This document shows, one piece after another, positions 1 through 39,324 of a DNA stretch of 64,000 nucleotides. The translations under genes were made by a program, and so were the position numbers. The notes beneath the pieces are model-generated. The model was given only the letters and a program-made list of their open reading frames with translations, was not told the DNA's origin and did not search any database. Each line of letters begins with the position of its first letter. The stretch's first letter is position 1. The stretch covers positions 8,564,772-8,628,771 of the forward strand of contig CM119265.1 in NCBI GenBank assembly GCA_051294375.1, read 5' to 3'. This DNA is from Paraspadella gotoi (taxonomy: Eukaryota > Animalia > Chaetognatha).

Positions 1-126
1 TAATGATACTGTTCCCCAAACAATATAAGCAAAATAATTTTTGTACTCCTTAATCATACTATCTCACGTCTAAATATCCTTGTTTGTTCACTCAAATAAA
101 ATTTATGTTCCCCAGTGCTCCACTAT
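1..126. mobile_element. Dispersed repeat fragment (probable DNA transposon/MITE end)
   Basis: Its reverse complement aligns by eye with ~50919-51046 (GTGGAGCACT...GATATTTAGAYGTGAGATAGTATGATTAA...GTACAAAAAAT). Confidence 0.6.
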
Positions 127-1127
127 ATTAGATAGTATATATTTTTTAGCATTTGCTTATCGACTGTCATTTACTGACGCGCATGCGCGAACGTGCCATT
201 TTTAGTCGTGTCCGCACGATGGCGATTTCTTCCTCCTAAATCCCGACTATCTCGACAGACATCAGGTCAAACGCTTAGGGGCCATTTGCTATCAAGTTAT
301 GACATCCGATCCCCGTCACTGAATATCACCTTATCTCCTCATCACCGAATCACCTGGTGATTTCTCACCAAACGAAATCCTATCGAGATTTCGAAGAACA
401 AAGTAAAACTCAGTTTGTACCGAGTCTGTACTTGTTTTAAACTCGGTGCAATCACCAAAGCCAGACACCACCTTCTCCCTTTCTCAATGTTTTGGCGCAA
501 ATGAGGCGTGACCACATTCGAATCCCGGGACTTATGTCACGGAGGAAAGACGACTGAAAGGACGGCGACGTTGACGACAACTACGAAGACGATAGCAGCG
601 ACCACGACGACGACTACAACGACGACGACGACGACAACGACGAGGACCCCCACCGCCTGAAACTGATCAAAACAAACGAATTGGTTAAATGCGACCAGAA
701 ACGCATTCGAGCGTGATAATTTCATTTAATTTTTTCACGTATTGTTTAATTCATTTTTCCAACGACCACTCTTTTTAATTTTCGATTATTTTGCATCACG
801 TCATTTGAAAACATCACACCATAAATGAACAAAGCTGCAGAGTGAAGTGTAAAACATAAAAACAGTGGATTTCAAATCGCGAGATTCTGTTTCTTGTGAA
901 TAGAAAGTTAGAAAGTTTTAAAACTTGTTTCTAAAATTCTATTTAGAAATTGTTGTAAACAAATTTTTTAATTCGTCCGTCATTCGTCGATCTTAAAAGG
1001 AGTGGTTTCTACTTAATTCCTCGACTCCGGCCCACTCCTAAATCACATCCTCCCTCAGGGACGACGAACCTTTCCATTTCGCCCTAATTTCCTTTAAAAA
1101 AAAAAAAGAAAATAAAGAGCGCCAAAA

Positions 1128-1431
1128 ATGACGGAGTCCCTCCAACTTCCTCACGATTTTTCTCCTCAAAACTCGACCTCCAACATCTCGTCCACTCACT
1201 CCCCCTTCTCCTCAAACTCCTCGTCGACTCCGCTTTCAGTCGTCGTCGTCTTCTCGCTGACGACCTTCTTCGGTCTCATCGGCAACCTCCTCATCATCGT
1301 CGTTCTTCTCAAGGAGGCCGTCAGGCGGATGCAGTTCTTTCCTTACCTTTTCTTCATGGCCGTCTCGGGTGAGGGAAAAGGGAGACTTGAAAATGATGAC
1401 TTTTCTTTCTTTCTCTCTTTCTCTCTTTCTC

Positions 1432-1491
<60 letters not shown>

Positions 1492-3655
1492 TTTTTCTTT
1501 CTTTCTTTCTAACTTTGGGGCCTGTGCATAAAACAAATAGTCCAAAAAAAATCCATATATATACGAGAAACTTTTAACAGCAATTCACGTTTTTTCCATG
1601 TAATGTGTCTCCTTTTTTTACAAATGTATTTTTCCTTTATGGTTTTCCGAGAAAAGCTTCTTTCACTCAATGAGTCATTGCAGACCATAACGGTCGCTTG
1701 TAAGGAAGTAAACGATTACAGAAAACAACGTGAAGACGTATCGTAACGTAAGCTAAGCCTCGTTTTGCGTTCACCGACCTTTTGTAACGACAACGTTCCG
1801 TTTTTAACGACGAAATCCAGACGGAATCACCATCACGATCCAACTCTCGATGGTGGCCTTTGATTGGTGGCCTTTCAACCAATCAGCGTTCGGCTGTCGA
1901 CTTCCCAGTTTCATCTTCGGCGTCTTCGGCGGCGCCAGCAACGTTCTCGTTCTCCTCGTCACGTTGGATCGATGCGTCGCCGTTTATTTTCCCAGATTGG
2001 TGAGTGGCCCGAGATGGCGGGTGATGGGTGAGTGGTGATCGAATGATTGAAAGGGCCGGTGATTCCTTTGTAAAGAGAGAATTAAGCGAATCATAGATAT
2101 GGAGCGGACTTGATATAAAGAAGATGCGAGTGAGCGACATTGCAACGTTGTGGAAAGCCTTAAGGTAGTGGAAAACCCTGGCGGAAAAAGTGGTGCATTG
2201 GTTGTAGCGTTGGTTGAACGGTGATTTAGCGTTTGTCGACTAAATGGACGTGAATTACGTTAATTGGAAACAGAAGAATGTAGAAAAGACCTCCAGACGT
2301 TTGCTCATATATTTTCTGAGCGTATTGTTGTCAAGAAAGAAAGAGAGAGGGGGAGAGAGAGAGAAAGAGAGAGAGATAGAGTGAGAGACAGTTAAATTAT
2401 GTTAAAAATTTAAATTATGTTAACAGTTATATTACATTTTATTCTCCTCTTAGAACGATTCCGAAACGCGGTGCCTCGAAGGCCGCAGCCGACGCTACTT
2501 CGTCATCCTCGCGATGTTCTTTTTTTTGTTCTCGTTAAATCTTCCGTTCGCCATAATCGCCGAATTCGACGCAAAGCGAAGCAAGTAAATTCAGGGTGTT
2601 ATGAATCGTTGATCTGTTGTATTTATTATCTTTAATATTTTATTGTTAAGCCTTGAGCCTTTTATTGCAATTCCCTTGTAAAAGTCTTTTTAAAATAAGA
2701 TTTTGGGGACATTTAAAAAAAAACCCGCTCTTCGTGTTGACTGGGAGAGAAAAAGGGAAAATATTTTTAGCTCAAAAATGAAAATGAATATATATATATG
2801 CAGTTGGGATGCATAATGCAAAATCGGTGATCTCACGTATAAGAGGAAATGACCCAAAGAAGCCTAAAATACGAATGAGGAGAACAAAGTTATCCTATTC
2901 ACAATCACATTCATATTGATCAGTCCCCAGCGGGGACTGAATGTCTTCGGTTTGGGTCCATTCACTGTCCAGTGTCCAGACAAAAATGACTTACTTTCAT
3001 AATGAAAAACGCGGTCGTTTTTTCCTAGAGGCCAAAATAAAAGAGAAAATGTAACCGAATGTTTGACAGTTGGGGGTGACGTCATTTTATCATACGGGTG
3101 AATCTGTCTGATTCGCTAAACGCAAAATTAACCGAAAAAAAAAGAAAGGAAGGAAACCATAAATGGTTTAAAATTATTTTCTTATCTCATTCTTTATCAT
3201 TATGTTTACTAGGGCTGCTCTAAATCTAAATCAGTTCAGGAAGCCTAATTCACCGTTGTAATCAGGCGGTCATCACATCTCATCATAACTCACACAGGGT
3301 GGACTGAAAACCTTGAGGGATACGTAGAGATTTAGTAAGGAATGAAATCCAATAATATAAAATAATATTTGAGTTATTCATTTGCACATTAGAGATTGTC
3401 AACGGACGGGTTGATTCTACTCTCGTCACGGTTCTGCCGACTCTCTCTTGTAACCTAGACTACATTCTGAACATTTCATCTCAACAAAGTAATGTCTTTA
3501 ATCTCCGCAATTTCGTTTTTCTAATCTCATTCTTTTTAATCTTTTCAGATGCTCTCTACCGAGCGAAGACACTCCTTGGGCTGCCTTTTATCTCTGCTTC
3601 AGAGTCCTCGTCGTATGGATTCCCTTGGTAGTCGTTGCTGTCGGTATGAAATTCA

Positions 3656-3704
<49 letters not shown>

Positions 3705-4655
3705 TCATCTCATTCGAGTATGAAATTCCTTTTTCTCCCTATCAAATATCTCTCTCTTACTCTCCCCTCTCTCTCTCCTTCCGCCTTCATTCGCCAATCG
3801 CCATATTTATCCCGGTTGCCAGGCAACGCAACCATCGCGATATGGGCGTGTCGTCGTCGTCGACTCCTCGGCTTTGGCGAAAAAGACAAGAATTTGGTCG
3901 TCGTCGTCGTCGTCATCGCTTCGGCTTACGTCATTCTCGAGTTTCCAGGCAAATGCTTTTTATGTTTGTCTTATTTTAGCTTCTGACAATTTCAAGGGCT
4001 AACATTTTTCGCAAAGAACCACCGCAGTTATTTTTCGAAGCCGATATTCCAAGGATTGCTTCTCATTCGTTGTCGCTCTCTTACTCGCTTCAAAGCTTCT
4101 TCTTCCATTTTAAACTGCACCCCTCCTCTCATAGTTTTAACCCCTCTCACTCTCTTCTCACAACTCCCCTCCCCTTAATCCTTCATCTTTCTTCTCGAAC
4201 GACCATAAACCCGCTGTCAAGCCGTCCGAGCCTTTTCGAGAAGCAAAAGGTCGCGGGTTCACGTCCCTCGGCCGAACAACAACAACGACAACCACCCCGT
4301 TCCTACCCCCACCCTCTCTCTCCCCTCCCCCCCCTAAATAGCCGCCATCCGTTCGATCGCCCTATATCGCCACGCCTTCTTCGTTTCCGGTTTTCCCGTC
4401 GCCAAATTTTTCTGTCAAGTCAACCACAGCGTCAACTTTTATCTGTACGCGATTCCCTGCGGCGCCATAAGGGACGAAATAAAGAGCATGGTGGGTCGTA
4501 TTAAGGGGTGGGGGGGTGTGGAGAGGGTGAGGTGTGGTTCGACAAGCCGCACGCCTACGAAGGGATGGGCGGAAATGATTTGTTTGTGCACTAATATCGT
4601 CTCATCCGGAAAAATTCACTCGAATCGCGAGTCTCGTAAAAAAAAAAGAGCATAG
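1128..4655 (+). CDS. Class A (rhodopsin-like) GPCR, peptide-receptor type (FMRFamide/myosuppressin/GPR139-142-like clade), 6 exons, 361 aa
   Basis: Phase-consistent exons 1128-1368, 1821-1999, 2454-2584, 3549-3643, 3823-3948 and 4342-4655 (1086 nt, ending in TAG). Motifs: TM1 GLIGN, TM2 MAVSD, TM3 C..DRC, TM4 LNLPF, ECL2 Cys, TM5 WIPL, TM6 ILEFP, TM7 NHSVNFYLY. N-terminal N-glycosylation sequons are present. The subfamily call rests on the NFxLY TM7 variant only. Confidence 0.9.
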
Positions 4656-7600
4656 AGAGAGAAATGTTGGGTTCCTAAATTTAGGTTAAATTATTTTTTC
4701 CTTCGTAAATATCATCGAAGTAAAATGGATTGATCAAGTAGCTTGTTCCGCTTGTTTGGCTTGTCTTGCTTGTATATTTTGAACAGCAGCCGCAGGGGCA
4801 AATATACAAATAGATATTCAAATATACAAAAATACATATAGATGTTTAGAATCATACAGAAAAATTAATTACGAATTACCTTTTTTTTCTTCGTTCCTTT
4901 TACTTTGTCACTTTCTTCCTGCCTACCTTTATTCCCTATTCTTTCCTTTTTTTTCTTTTGTTTTCTTTTTTGTTTTCTTTTGTTTTTTTTTCTTTTATTT
5001 TTTTCTTTTATTTTATTTTCTTTTCTTTTCTTTCTTTAGTTTACTTTACTTAAATTTCCGTTACTTGCTATTAGTTTCTTTCTTTTCTCCCTTCTTTAAT
5101 TATTTTACAGAATAAATTGTCTCTAAGTAATTTTAATGAAAAAATATACGTCGGCGATTTTTCATCTTCTATATGTATGTATGTATGTATGTATCTGATT
5201 ATCTTTCCTTTTCTGTCATCCCTTAAAACGCTCCATTATTCTTGAAATTTGATCAAAATCGAAAGAGAAATTTTTTTTTTCTCTCTTGAGACGCTTCAAA
5301 ACTTTTTATGATTGTATACGTACATGTACGTATAAAATTTGAATCTTTATAATTTTAAATTGTTTTAATTTTCAGTTTCTGGGTTTTCGCCTTAGAAGTC
5401 GATCGTCTGAATCAAGGACGTCTCTCGATTCATTCGGAATTCATCCATGAATGCGTCGATTCACTCAAATCGATTCACTCAAATCGCTTAGGATGATTCT
5501 ATTCACTTCTCGGAAATCAGGGTCAAGGGTCGAATGCGTCTTACATTTCATCCTTCACGATCGTCGAAACTTTTCACGAGGAAAAGGATTTTGAGATGTG
5601 AGAAATTGAGGAATCTTCATCCCTCAGTTTTTTGTTTTTTTTTATTGAATTATGTGATCCCAGCGACTTTTTAATTAGAAATAAATACATCCGTAGAATT
5701 ACGATTGTCATTGTATCTTTTTTTTTTACACTGTTCAAGTTTAGCAAAAATTACAAGTGACAACAAATTTAGATATAAGTGAAATCACTTTTTAGGATAA
5801 AATGAACGTAAACCGAAAGCCTAATCATTCCTTCAGGCAGCGAATTGCGATTCTTTTCAAACGTAAAAAAATAACAAGACCTTTTCTTATCTATCGCTCT
5901 CTGTTTGTATGACTTTCTATCCGTCCGTCGATTTGTCTGTCTGTCAGTTTCTCTGGCTCGTTGTCCGTTGAAATACTTTCCCGATAAACTTTTTTACTTC
6001 GTCTTTTCAGTCAGAGTTAAACATTTATTTCCGTTTTTCCGTCCGATTCCCAAGATTTTTTCCTCCGCCCCATTACAAACAGACATTTTATTGTTCTATC
6101 CCTTCGCCTGGATTGGTCCTTTATTTATTTTTTTTTCTTAAAACGGTCTTAGAAATTTTTTTTAAAAAGTTTTTTAGTTACGTTTTTGTCCTCGTTAAAT
6201 TATGTAATATATAAAACACTAATAAATAATGATGAGGCCTTTAGGTACGCTGGAACTTTGTATTTTCATCACAAAATAAAACCCTTATAGAATTTCTTTT
6301 GAGACAAAAAAAGTGTCAACATACCGACGGACCAAAGAGCACCTTATATCGTCAACAACTTTACAAAAATACGGAAATAAGTATCGAGAAAACACAGACG
6401 AAAATAAAAGAGAAAAAGAAACATATTTTTTATTCAATTTTTCATGAATGTGATTCTTTTTTTTTCGACTGGACAAATGATTTTTTGTCTTTTTCTGTTC
6501 AATAATTGTATTTTTCCTGAGTTCCTCCTCCTCTTCCTCTTCCTCCTCCTCCTCCTCCTCTTCTTCCTCATCAATCCCTGATTTCCTTTCATCTTTCCCT
6601 CATCGTTTTTCAAATTTTGAAAAAGAAAAAAAGAATCACATTTTGTTTTCGAAAAAGAAATCACTTTTTTTCACCCGCTTGTCAACTTTAATTCATTAAT
6701 CATTTCCACTTTAAAAGTAGTTCATAATGCCTACCGATGTTTTTCGCCGATTTCAGGTGACAATAAAAAAAATTCAAAGTTTGTTGAAATACGTTGTTGT
6801 TTTTCGAACTTGACCGCCGCCGAGTTTTTTTTCGCTTCGCCTCATCTCGTTTTTCTTCCATTTTTACCTTAAATCTCCTTCGCCACTTCCTCCGCCTCCT
6901 CCTCCTCCTCCTCCTCCTCCTCCTCCTCCTCCCCAGCGCCGCGTTCCGTCGCCGCCCAACTCCTCAACTTTTTTTTTCCTTCTTATCCAAATTTCGCGTC
7001 GACTTTTCTTCTTCTTTTTTTTTTCCTTTCGACGCCATCTTTTTTCTTCTTTCTTTCCTTTTTATTTTCCCTTTTGTCTTAAAAACGCGAATCTTCATCG
7101 CATTTTTCGCGCAGTTGGAATTGTTTTCTTCCGCCATCAGCGTCGATTACCCGTTTGGCCACAGTGATCCAAACGGCCCAAATTTTCGGAAAAACCTCTC
7201 TTTTTTGGCAAAAACAACTTTTTTCACGTGTGTTGATTATCATAGATGCCCTCTGAGGTTGTTTGAAAAGTTTCAAACGTTAAAGAGTGATTTGAAAAAA
7301 ATATGGAGAAAAAATTCATTAACCGACAAATTTGGTTCTTAAAAAAATCATTTATGATAGGTGAACGACTTTTGATTTATAATTTTGATATCAAGAAAAA
7401 TTGACCCAACTTAGTATTTTTTTCTTTATTTATATTATATATATAAGGAGTATGTTTGCTAAATATAAAATCATTAATTAATCTTTTTTAAAAGTTTGAT
7501 AGGCAAATTAAGATCGGAAAATCGATCAAAGAAAAGAATATCAAATTATTTTTTATTTATTTTTTTTGAATGAAAAGCATTTTTGGATATCTCAAAAGGG

Positions 7601-10600
7601 CGGACGAATGCGGATGAGATTTAATTGTTAACTGATTAATGATAAGATGTATCATTAGGAACTAAATCTGGTTGATTAAATTCGGCTAAAATTCTATGAG
7701 TTTTTACAATGTTTTTCATATCATACAAAGTGACATGATATGCAAATCTAGACAAAGTGCTCTTAATATAACAAAGTCAAATAATATTTCTCTTCCACCC
7801 ATGTGAGTGAAATAACCCTCTCAAAGATTTACCCAAAATAAACATTTGCTTATAACTTGAGAAAGAATAATTTTTGAAAACGGTTGTCTTACCTAAAGCA
7901 TTACTATGGAAAGACCGAATATACATTTATGCCTGTATGTTCAAGCGCCTTTTATGTGTATTGCGTAAAAAAAGAATTAACATTTCAATTTTTGTAGCGT
8001 TTTTCTTTCACACACACCATACACACTAGTCTCTAAATAGGCTTCATTAGTCTCTCGCCACGTCCAGAAGGTATGATTGCTTTTTTGGCTCTTTTTCCTC
8101 AACAGCTTTTTCGTTCACGCGCTTTCTTAACGATATCGGTAAAGTGAAATACGTTTCAATTTTTTTCCCCTTTTCGCCATTGTGATTGTTCGCTTTGTAT
8201 GTATGGAATTTCTTTTTTTTTATTTCCAGTTTCTTTCCTCGCCTTTTTTTAAATTTAATTTCCGTTTCAGCTCCTTTATTTTTTTTTTATTCTCTCTTTC
8301 CAAATGCGATCGTTAGCATTAATTCGGTTTTTCCTCAAAGGATGACGCTACGACGAAAAGACGGCGAATTAAATCGGAGATCTAATTGAAACCCGATGAA
8401 GATCCATCGCCGGAAATGGCAAATGGCAAATGCCCAATGGAATCTACGAAGAAGAAGGAAATTGCCTCGTTTGTTTGTTAGACAAAAAAGACAAAAGATG
8501 TAAATTTTTAGAAAGTCAGATAATGTAGAGAATGAAACTGATGACAACTGAAAAAAATTAACTAGGATAAATTATAAGGATTGGAAAAATTTGAATCTTG
8601 AATCTGTTAATCACAGTGACACTAATCATCTCAGGGGGCGAGAGATTTCTGTTATATTGTTCACTTAGAACAGTTTGATTACTAATCATCTTTGAAAGAC
8701 GAATCTTAAATTGGAATAACCAAAAACCATTCATTCATTTCACAATCAAACTACGTAACCACGTCCCTTATTCCATTTACGTAAAGAAAAATAAAAACGC
8801 CAGCGCCGAACTTGGAAGTTACTATGAGAAAAAAGACAAGAAATAGTTTTTTTCAGTAGTAAAAAACTATCTATTGTAGTTAGCAAATTTAAAACTTAAA
8901 GAGAATTTTGAATGTTTAATATATATCTCGATACTTGTTTAAAAGTTAAAAATTTGATTTTTAAACGGTTCATCGTGGAAAGAGCATTAATGACAGTAAA
9001 TAACAGTAAACGTGTCAATTTTGACAATTTATCTTCGTTGTCGGAGGGAGGCGAAGAAAGAAAAAAATCAGGAAAAAAGAGAAAAAGACTAAAAAAAAAG
9101 TAAATAAAAAGGATCGCGTTTAAAGAAATCTGTGGACAGATGAAAGGATATCCTTTTTTGACTTTCGATTTCTTTCGATGGATCACATTTTAGGAATTTT
9201 TTTTTTAATCTCTTCGTTAAACCGCGGATCGGCGGGTCGCTCCCCTTCCTGTTATTTTACGGCATTTTTCTTCCTTTATCTACACAAGAGAATATCGTTT
9301 TGACGTTTTTATAGATTTTCTTGTTTTAATAATAATCGAGCGCAAATATTTACTTTTATCATAACCGATAAATCATTTTTAAGGTATAAACTCGAACGCC
9401 TGCCTATTTATCTATCAGATGAGACATTTATAAGAAGTGAGGCAAAATATTTATCTCTGTGACAATGAACAGGGAACTAATACACGGAAATTTATATAGA
9501 GTTTCTTAGAAAATTGTGCAATATTATAAGAAGCTTCACTAAAAAAATATTTGCAAACATAGAACTGTACATGTAATTATATTTATAGGAAAAGAAAACT
9601 AAGAATTTAGTTAAAAACAAAATTCCAACAGAAGTGTTGTTAAGAACACTTTTTTCTAAATACAAATTTTTCAAAAATTCCATTCCAAAATCTTCTATGA
9701 TGATTAGTCTAAGCGTTAATTATCAGCGGCCTCTGTCGTCAAGATGCTCGAATCGAGTCTTTCGAAACAAAAAGTACTGCCACTCCAAAATTAGAAGTGC
9801 CGCCACTCCGAAATTAGAAGTGCCGAGACGAGATCCTTTTGTAATGTTGTATACTTTCAAGCCTCGTAATTTAAATTCTCGCGCCAAAATCCTTTCTTTC
9901 TCCTCCCCAAAAAATCTTCTCTAGAAACGAAAACATTTTCAATTTCTTTCTGTTCATCAAATGAAATTCATCTATTCGCTTATGATTTATTTATGTCGGA
10001 TCCACGAGGCGAATCTCGCGCCGCAATTCCGGGGGAAAGAAAACGTAAACAATGATAAATATACCAGACGATCGAAAATTATATTAAAAAAAAAAAAAAA
10101 GACGATGACGATTGACAGCAGCATCCTTTCACCTTTGGCTTTGCCTATTCCGAAAAAAATGTACTCGAGGCAATTTTAAATCTGGACGACTAGGACTAAC
10201 ATAAACTGTTTTATAAAATTATGGATTAAAGCGTGTTTTTCTTATCTCGGTTCAGCAGTTTCGTTTTTTTTTTATTTATTTACATATTTTTTTTCTTTTT
10301 ATGTTTCTGTCTCAAAAATTCATGTCCGAAATTTATCACGAAGACAAAAACAAAAATTTGAGAGATAAAAAAAATCCAGCGTTCTACTAGTACCATTATT
10401 TCTTCGTTAAAAAAAAAAAAAGAATTTTAAGCTATAATTTCTCGTCCTATGTTTTGAATTAAAAAAAAATAATATAATGTCTTGAGACGCTAGTCTTTTG
10501 TTTTAGGTGACAGATCCCAGAAAAACGCAACGCCCTCTCTCAACGAAAGATAAACGCTCGCGGCGGATTTCGACAAATCAACCAAAGCACAAGAACAAAA

Positions 10601-10743
10601 ACAACGGAACAAAAGAAAGGAATTTTAAAAATTTTTAGCCTCGAAAAAAACAAAAACAAAAAACTGCCCAAAATCTTGTTCTTTTCCCCTTTCCTTCGCT
10701 CCTAACGAGGTGTCTAACGGGGAAAACCCATTCTTTTTCTCGG

Positions 10744-10864
<121 letters not shown>

Positions 10865-10974
10865 CCTCTCTCCCTCTCTCACGTTTTTCGCCTTTATTGC
10901 TTTTTGTTTTCTGTTTACTTCGTTCGGTTTCGCCGTTCGGCCGTAAGGGGCATCAGCGTCACCCGTCGACCGCA

Positions 10975-35208
<24,234 letters not shown>

Positions 35209-36704
35209 AAGACTTTCGCACAAAGACGTTTTTTATCTAGAATCAAACCGTTTTGACTTTTGAGTTATATTACATTATATTTTATAATGTTAAATTTATT
35301 TAGGTGAATATTTAGCTTGATAACATTAGCATTTCGAAATTTAGAATGGGGAGTGCGTTGTCTTTTGGAATATTAGGAAGCATCTATACAACACAATGTT
35401 AGAATACTTTCTACCCAGATTTTCTTATTAGACATTATTTCACTAAATTTATTATCGCTGTTCTTTTGTTTTTAATTTCGGCTGGGTTCGGGTGATTCGT
35501 GATTCTAATCAGGTTTTCACGTTAAGCAACAATACTGTTGAAGGACTTTCCTAGAAGGAAACCTTTGTTTTGATTTTTTGTTTCTCTTTGTTTCCGTTTC
35601 TTTTTTTGTGTTGTTTCCTTTATATCACCAAGAACGATGAGCTTTTCGTGATAACGTCTCCGACGTGAAGATCATTCCATTCACTAGTCGTGATAAAACT
35701 AAGTCATGCGATCGAAGTCACCCGGATCACATTCTCTCACGTCGGTGGGTCACCCCAGCTAATCTCACGTGATTGCGACACCTCCGCTTTCTCTTCTCGG
35801 TTTACAGTCACAACTGAAAATTATTCCGGAAGATAATCGGATGATCTTTCTACTCTGTATTCTATTGAGTTGTTTTGTCTTTTCGCTTTTTAGTTGCGCC
35901 GCAAGTACTCTCGTAGCAATTTTATAAGTCACTTTTCGGTCGGTCGGTCCGTTGGTCGATTGGTATGTCTGGCTGTCGGTCTGGCCCACTTACGTTAAAA
36001 ATGCATATAATTTGCTTATAGTTGGTTGCTCATTTGTTAAGACAGAAAAAACCTCAAATCTACGGGACTACTAGCGTCGCCTTCAGTAATGTCATGTCAT
36101 GTCATATATCATGTGATCAAATAAAGTCACTGCGGCGCAACACATTGGAATTACCGTTCTTTGTTTGTTATTTATTTTCTTTTTCTTTTTTTTTTTTACG
36201 ATTACTTTATTTATTCTTTCGTTTATTTTTTCCAATTTCTTGAAATTCTTAGTTAAACTTAAAAGAGCGTTTGCCAGCAAATTTTGTGCTTTCTTGCTTG
36301 TCTCTCCTACGTTTTTTATTTTATTTAAATTTTAAATATTCTATCAATCCGGTTTCAACCATCGATATAAGAAGCTAAGACAAAAGAACAACAGCATAGA
36401 TCACACATTCGAAATCGTCGTAATTAGGCGCCATTCTTGATAGGAACGACGACGACGATAATGACGACGACGACGATGACAACCGCGTCGAAATCGACGT
36501 CTGGTTCTTGACAGGTTCGACCCCTGACGGCGTCCTTATAAACTAAAGGAGTCGGGTTGAAAAGATGGAGGGAGGAGGAGGAGGGGGAAGAGGGAGGGGG
36601 AGGGGGGAAAGAGGAGGGACAGGGGGAGATTGGGTTTTGGAGATAAGGAGAGATGGAGAGGGAGGGGGAAGAGGAAGCTGGGGATCGAGGGTAAAAGAGC
36701 GTTG

Positions 36705-36777
<73 letters not shown>

Positions 36778-37009
36778 GGAGCGGGAGGTGAAGGAATGGA
36801 GGGGGAGGAAAAGCGAGAGTAAGCGAGAAAAAGATAAGACGAAAAGAGAGAGAGAGAGATAGAGAGAGAGAGAGTTAGAGAGAGTTAGATACATAACAGG
36901 TCAATAGGTGACAGAAAAGAACCAAGAAAAGGAACTAATGTAAAAATGAAAATGGGGAAAACGAAAAGAAGCGAAAAAAAAAGTTGCAAAAAGAAAGAAA
37001 ACCTTTTTA

Positions 37010-37221
37010 GCTTTATCAGTTTATGACGCGAAAAAAGCTTGGATTTAGAGAAAAGGGGCTCTTGAACTTTTTTTTACTTTATCAGTTTATGGACGCCGAA
37101 AAAAGCTTGGATTTAGAGAAAAGGGGCTCTTGAATCCTCTTCTCCTCCTTTCTCTCTCTCTCTCCATCCTCTCTCTNNNNNNNNNNNNNNNNNNNNNNNN
37201 NTGCCTCTCTCCTCTCCTCAC

Positions 37222-37284
<63 letters not shown>

Positions 37285-38184
37285 ATTCTCTCTCTCTCTC
37301 TCTCTGTCGCCGTCTCTTACTCTGTCTCGCCTTTTTATTTTGATCTGAAAGAGAAGAAGAAAAATAATTTTCACTTCCGGAGAATTTATCTTGATTTTTG
37401 TTAACCTAAACGAAAACGATCCATCGTCCGAAGCCGGAAGTGGCATCCAGGAATCTGAACGGCCAAAACACAACGACTCTTGTGATGGCGACGACGAAGA
37501 TGACGACGAAGACGAAGAATAAGAAAATGACAACGGATGACGACGAAAACGACGAATACGGCTTACCAATAATGACGAGAACGTTGACGATGAGTATGAG
37601 TATCATAATTCACAGAAATTCCTCCGCTCTTATTCCTGAGATTCTCTGTAAAAAAAATTAAAAATTAAAAATTATTAGTAGATTAGTAGATAAATATTGA
37701 ATATGGAAACTACAATGCACGGCGTTTGGTTCCAAAATTGTATTTATGAAAATATTAAGCATGATAACTGGCTTATTTAACATTTTGTATTTGAGAAATG
37801 GGGAGAGGAACGTTAGTGTTGTCTTCTGTAAATAGAGGGAGCATCCATACAATGGTAATGTTTAACTTTTCCGATTAATAAATTATGGTAACTGCAAACC
37901 ACTAAAGTTATTTCTTTTGCCATAGATCGATTTCATGTAATATTTTTTTTCCTTTCGTTGCTCCTTTTAAGACTGTGATCAATTTCCAGGATTATATGGA
38001 AGAGTTTTATCCTCACACTTTTCTTATTTGATATTAATATTTGCCAGCTCGAATCGATTCCTTTCCTCTCATTTCTCTTGTCTCTCTCTCTCTCCTCTCT
38101 CTCTTCTCTCTCTCTCTCTCTCTCTCTCGTCTCTCGTCTCTCTCTCTCTCTCTCTCTTTTCTCTCTCTCGTCTCTTCTTCTCTC

Positions 38185-38234
<50 letters not shown>

Positions 38235-38486
38235 ACTCTCTCAGAGTGAATAACAAAAAACGCCCAAATTGCCGTGATAAGATCTCTTCAATAAAAACTT
38301 TAATTTCAAGGAAAGAATAGAATATTAAATCAAAGCAAAAGATACTGAAACTATTTACACTTTGAAATAATCATCTTCAGGATTTTCGACCGTAACCTGT
38401 TTCTCCTTTTACTTGATTGTCTCTCACGAATTTTCACGTTTCTATTATCTCAATTCACATTCCGCGTGTATTTTTTTCTTTTTTAC

Positions 38487-38573
<87 letters not shown>

Positions 38574-38759
38574 GTTTCTCACTTAAAAACAGTCGACGAT
38601 GCCTTTTTTTTTTCTCAAGTTTTTTTGAGTCTGAATGAATCACAAAGAAGAATTGGAAAAAAAGCTTCGCTTTGTCGTCGACGCGTTTTCGAGATTCCGG
38701 AATTTTTTGGGAAAAAGCCCATTTTCCATCAAAATGGCCGAGGGGAGAAGGAGAGAGAT

Positions 38760-38844
<85 letters not shown>

Positions 38845-39283
38845 GAAAGAAGAGAGAAGAGAAGGGAAAAGAGAGAGAGAGAGAAGAGAGAGAGACGAGA
38901 CGATGAGAGAGAGAGAATAAAAAAAGTGTAAGTCATGGATGAAAGCAGAAAAAAATTAAATAAAAAGAAGAAGAAATAAAAAAAGAAGGAAAGAATAATA
39001 AAACGAGGAAGTTGGGGGGGGAAAGAAAAGAAAAATCTAAGAAAAATGTAAAACGTAATTACAAACATACTAACCTTACTAATGCCGTACAAGATTATAA
39101 AATCAACATCAAAAAGACGCACGGCCTGTTTCCGTATCGGACATCGTCGGGTCGGCGTACATACCTTCTTTTCCCCGTCGCGTGAGTCAACATTCCGAGT
39201 GAATGATAAATACAGATGAAAATAACAGTAGAACGTGTGAGAGAACGAAGTTGAGAAAGTATTCAAGGAAGTAGAGCACTGAC

Positions 39284-39324
<41 letters not shown>

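Noticed and set aside
178-189. CGCGCATGCGCG palindrome (NRF1-like site)
   Set aside because: A single short motif with no TSS evidence.
8526-8556. CTGATGA...GAAA hammerhead-like core
   Set aside because: No stem II, stem III or cleavage-triplet context.
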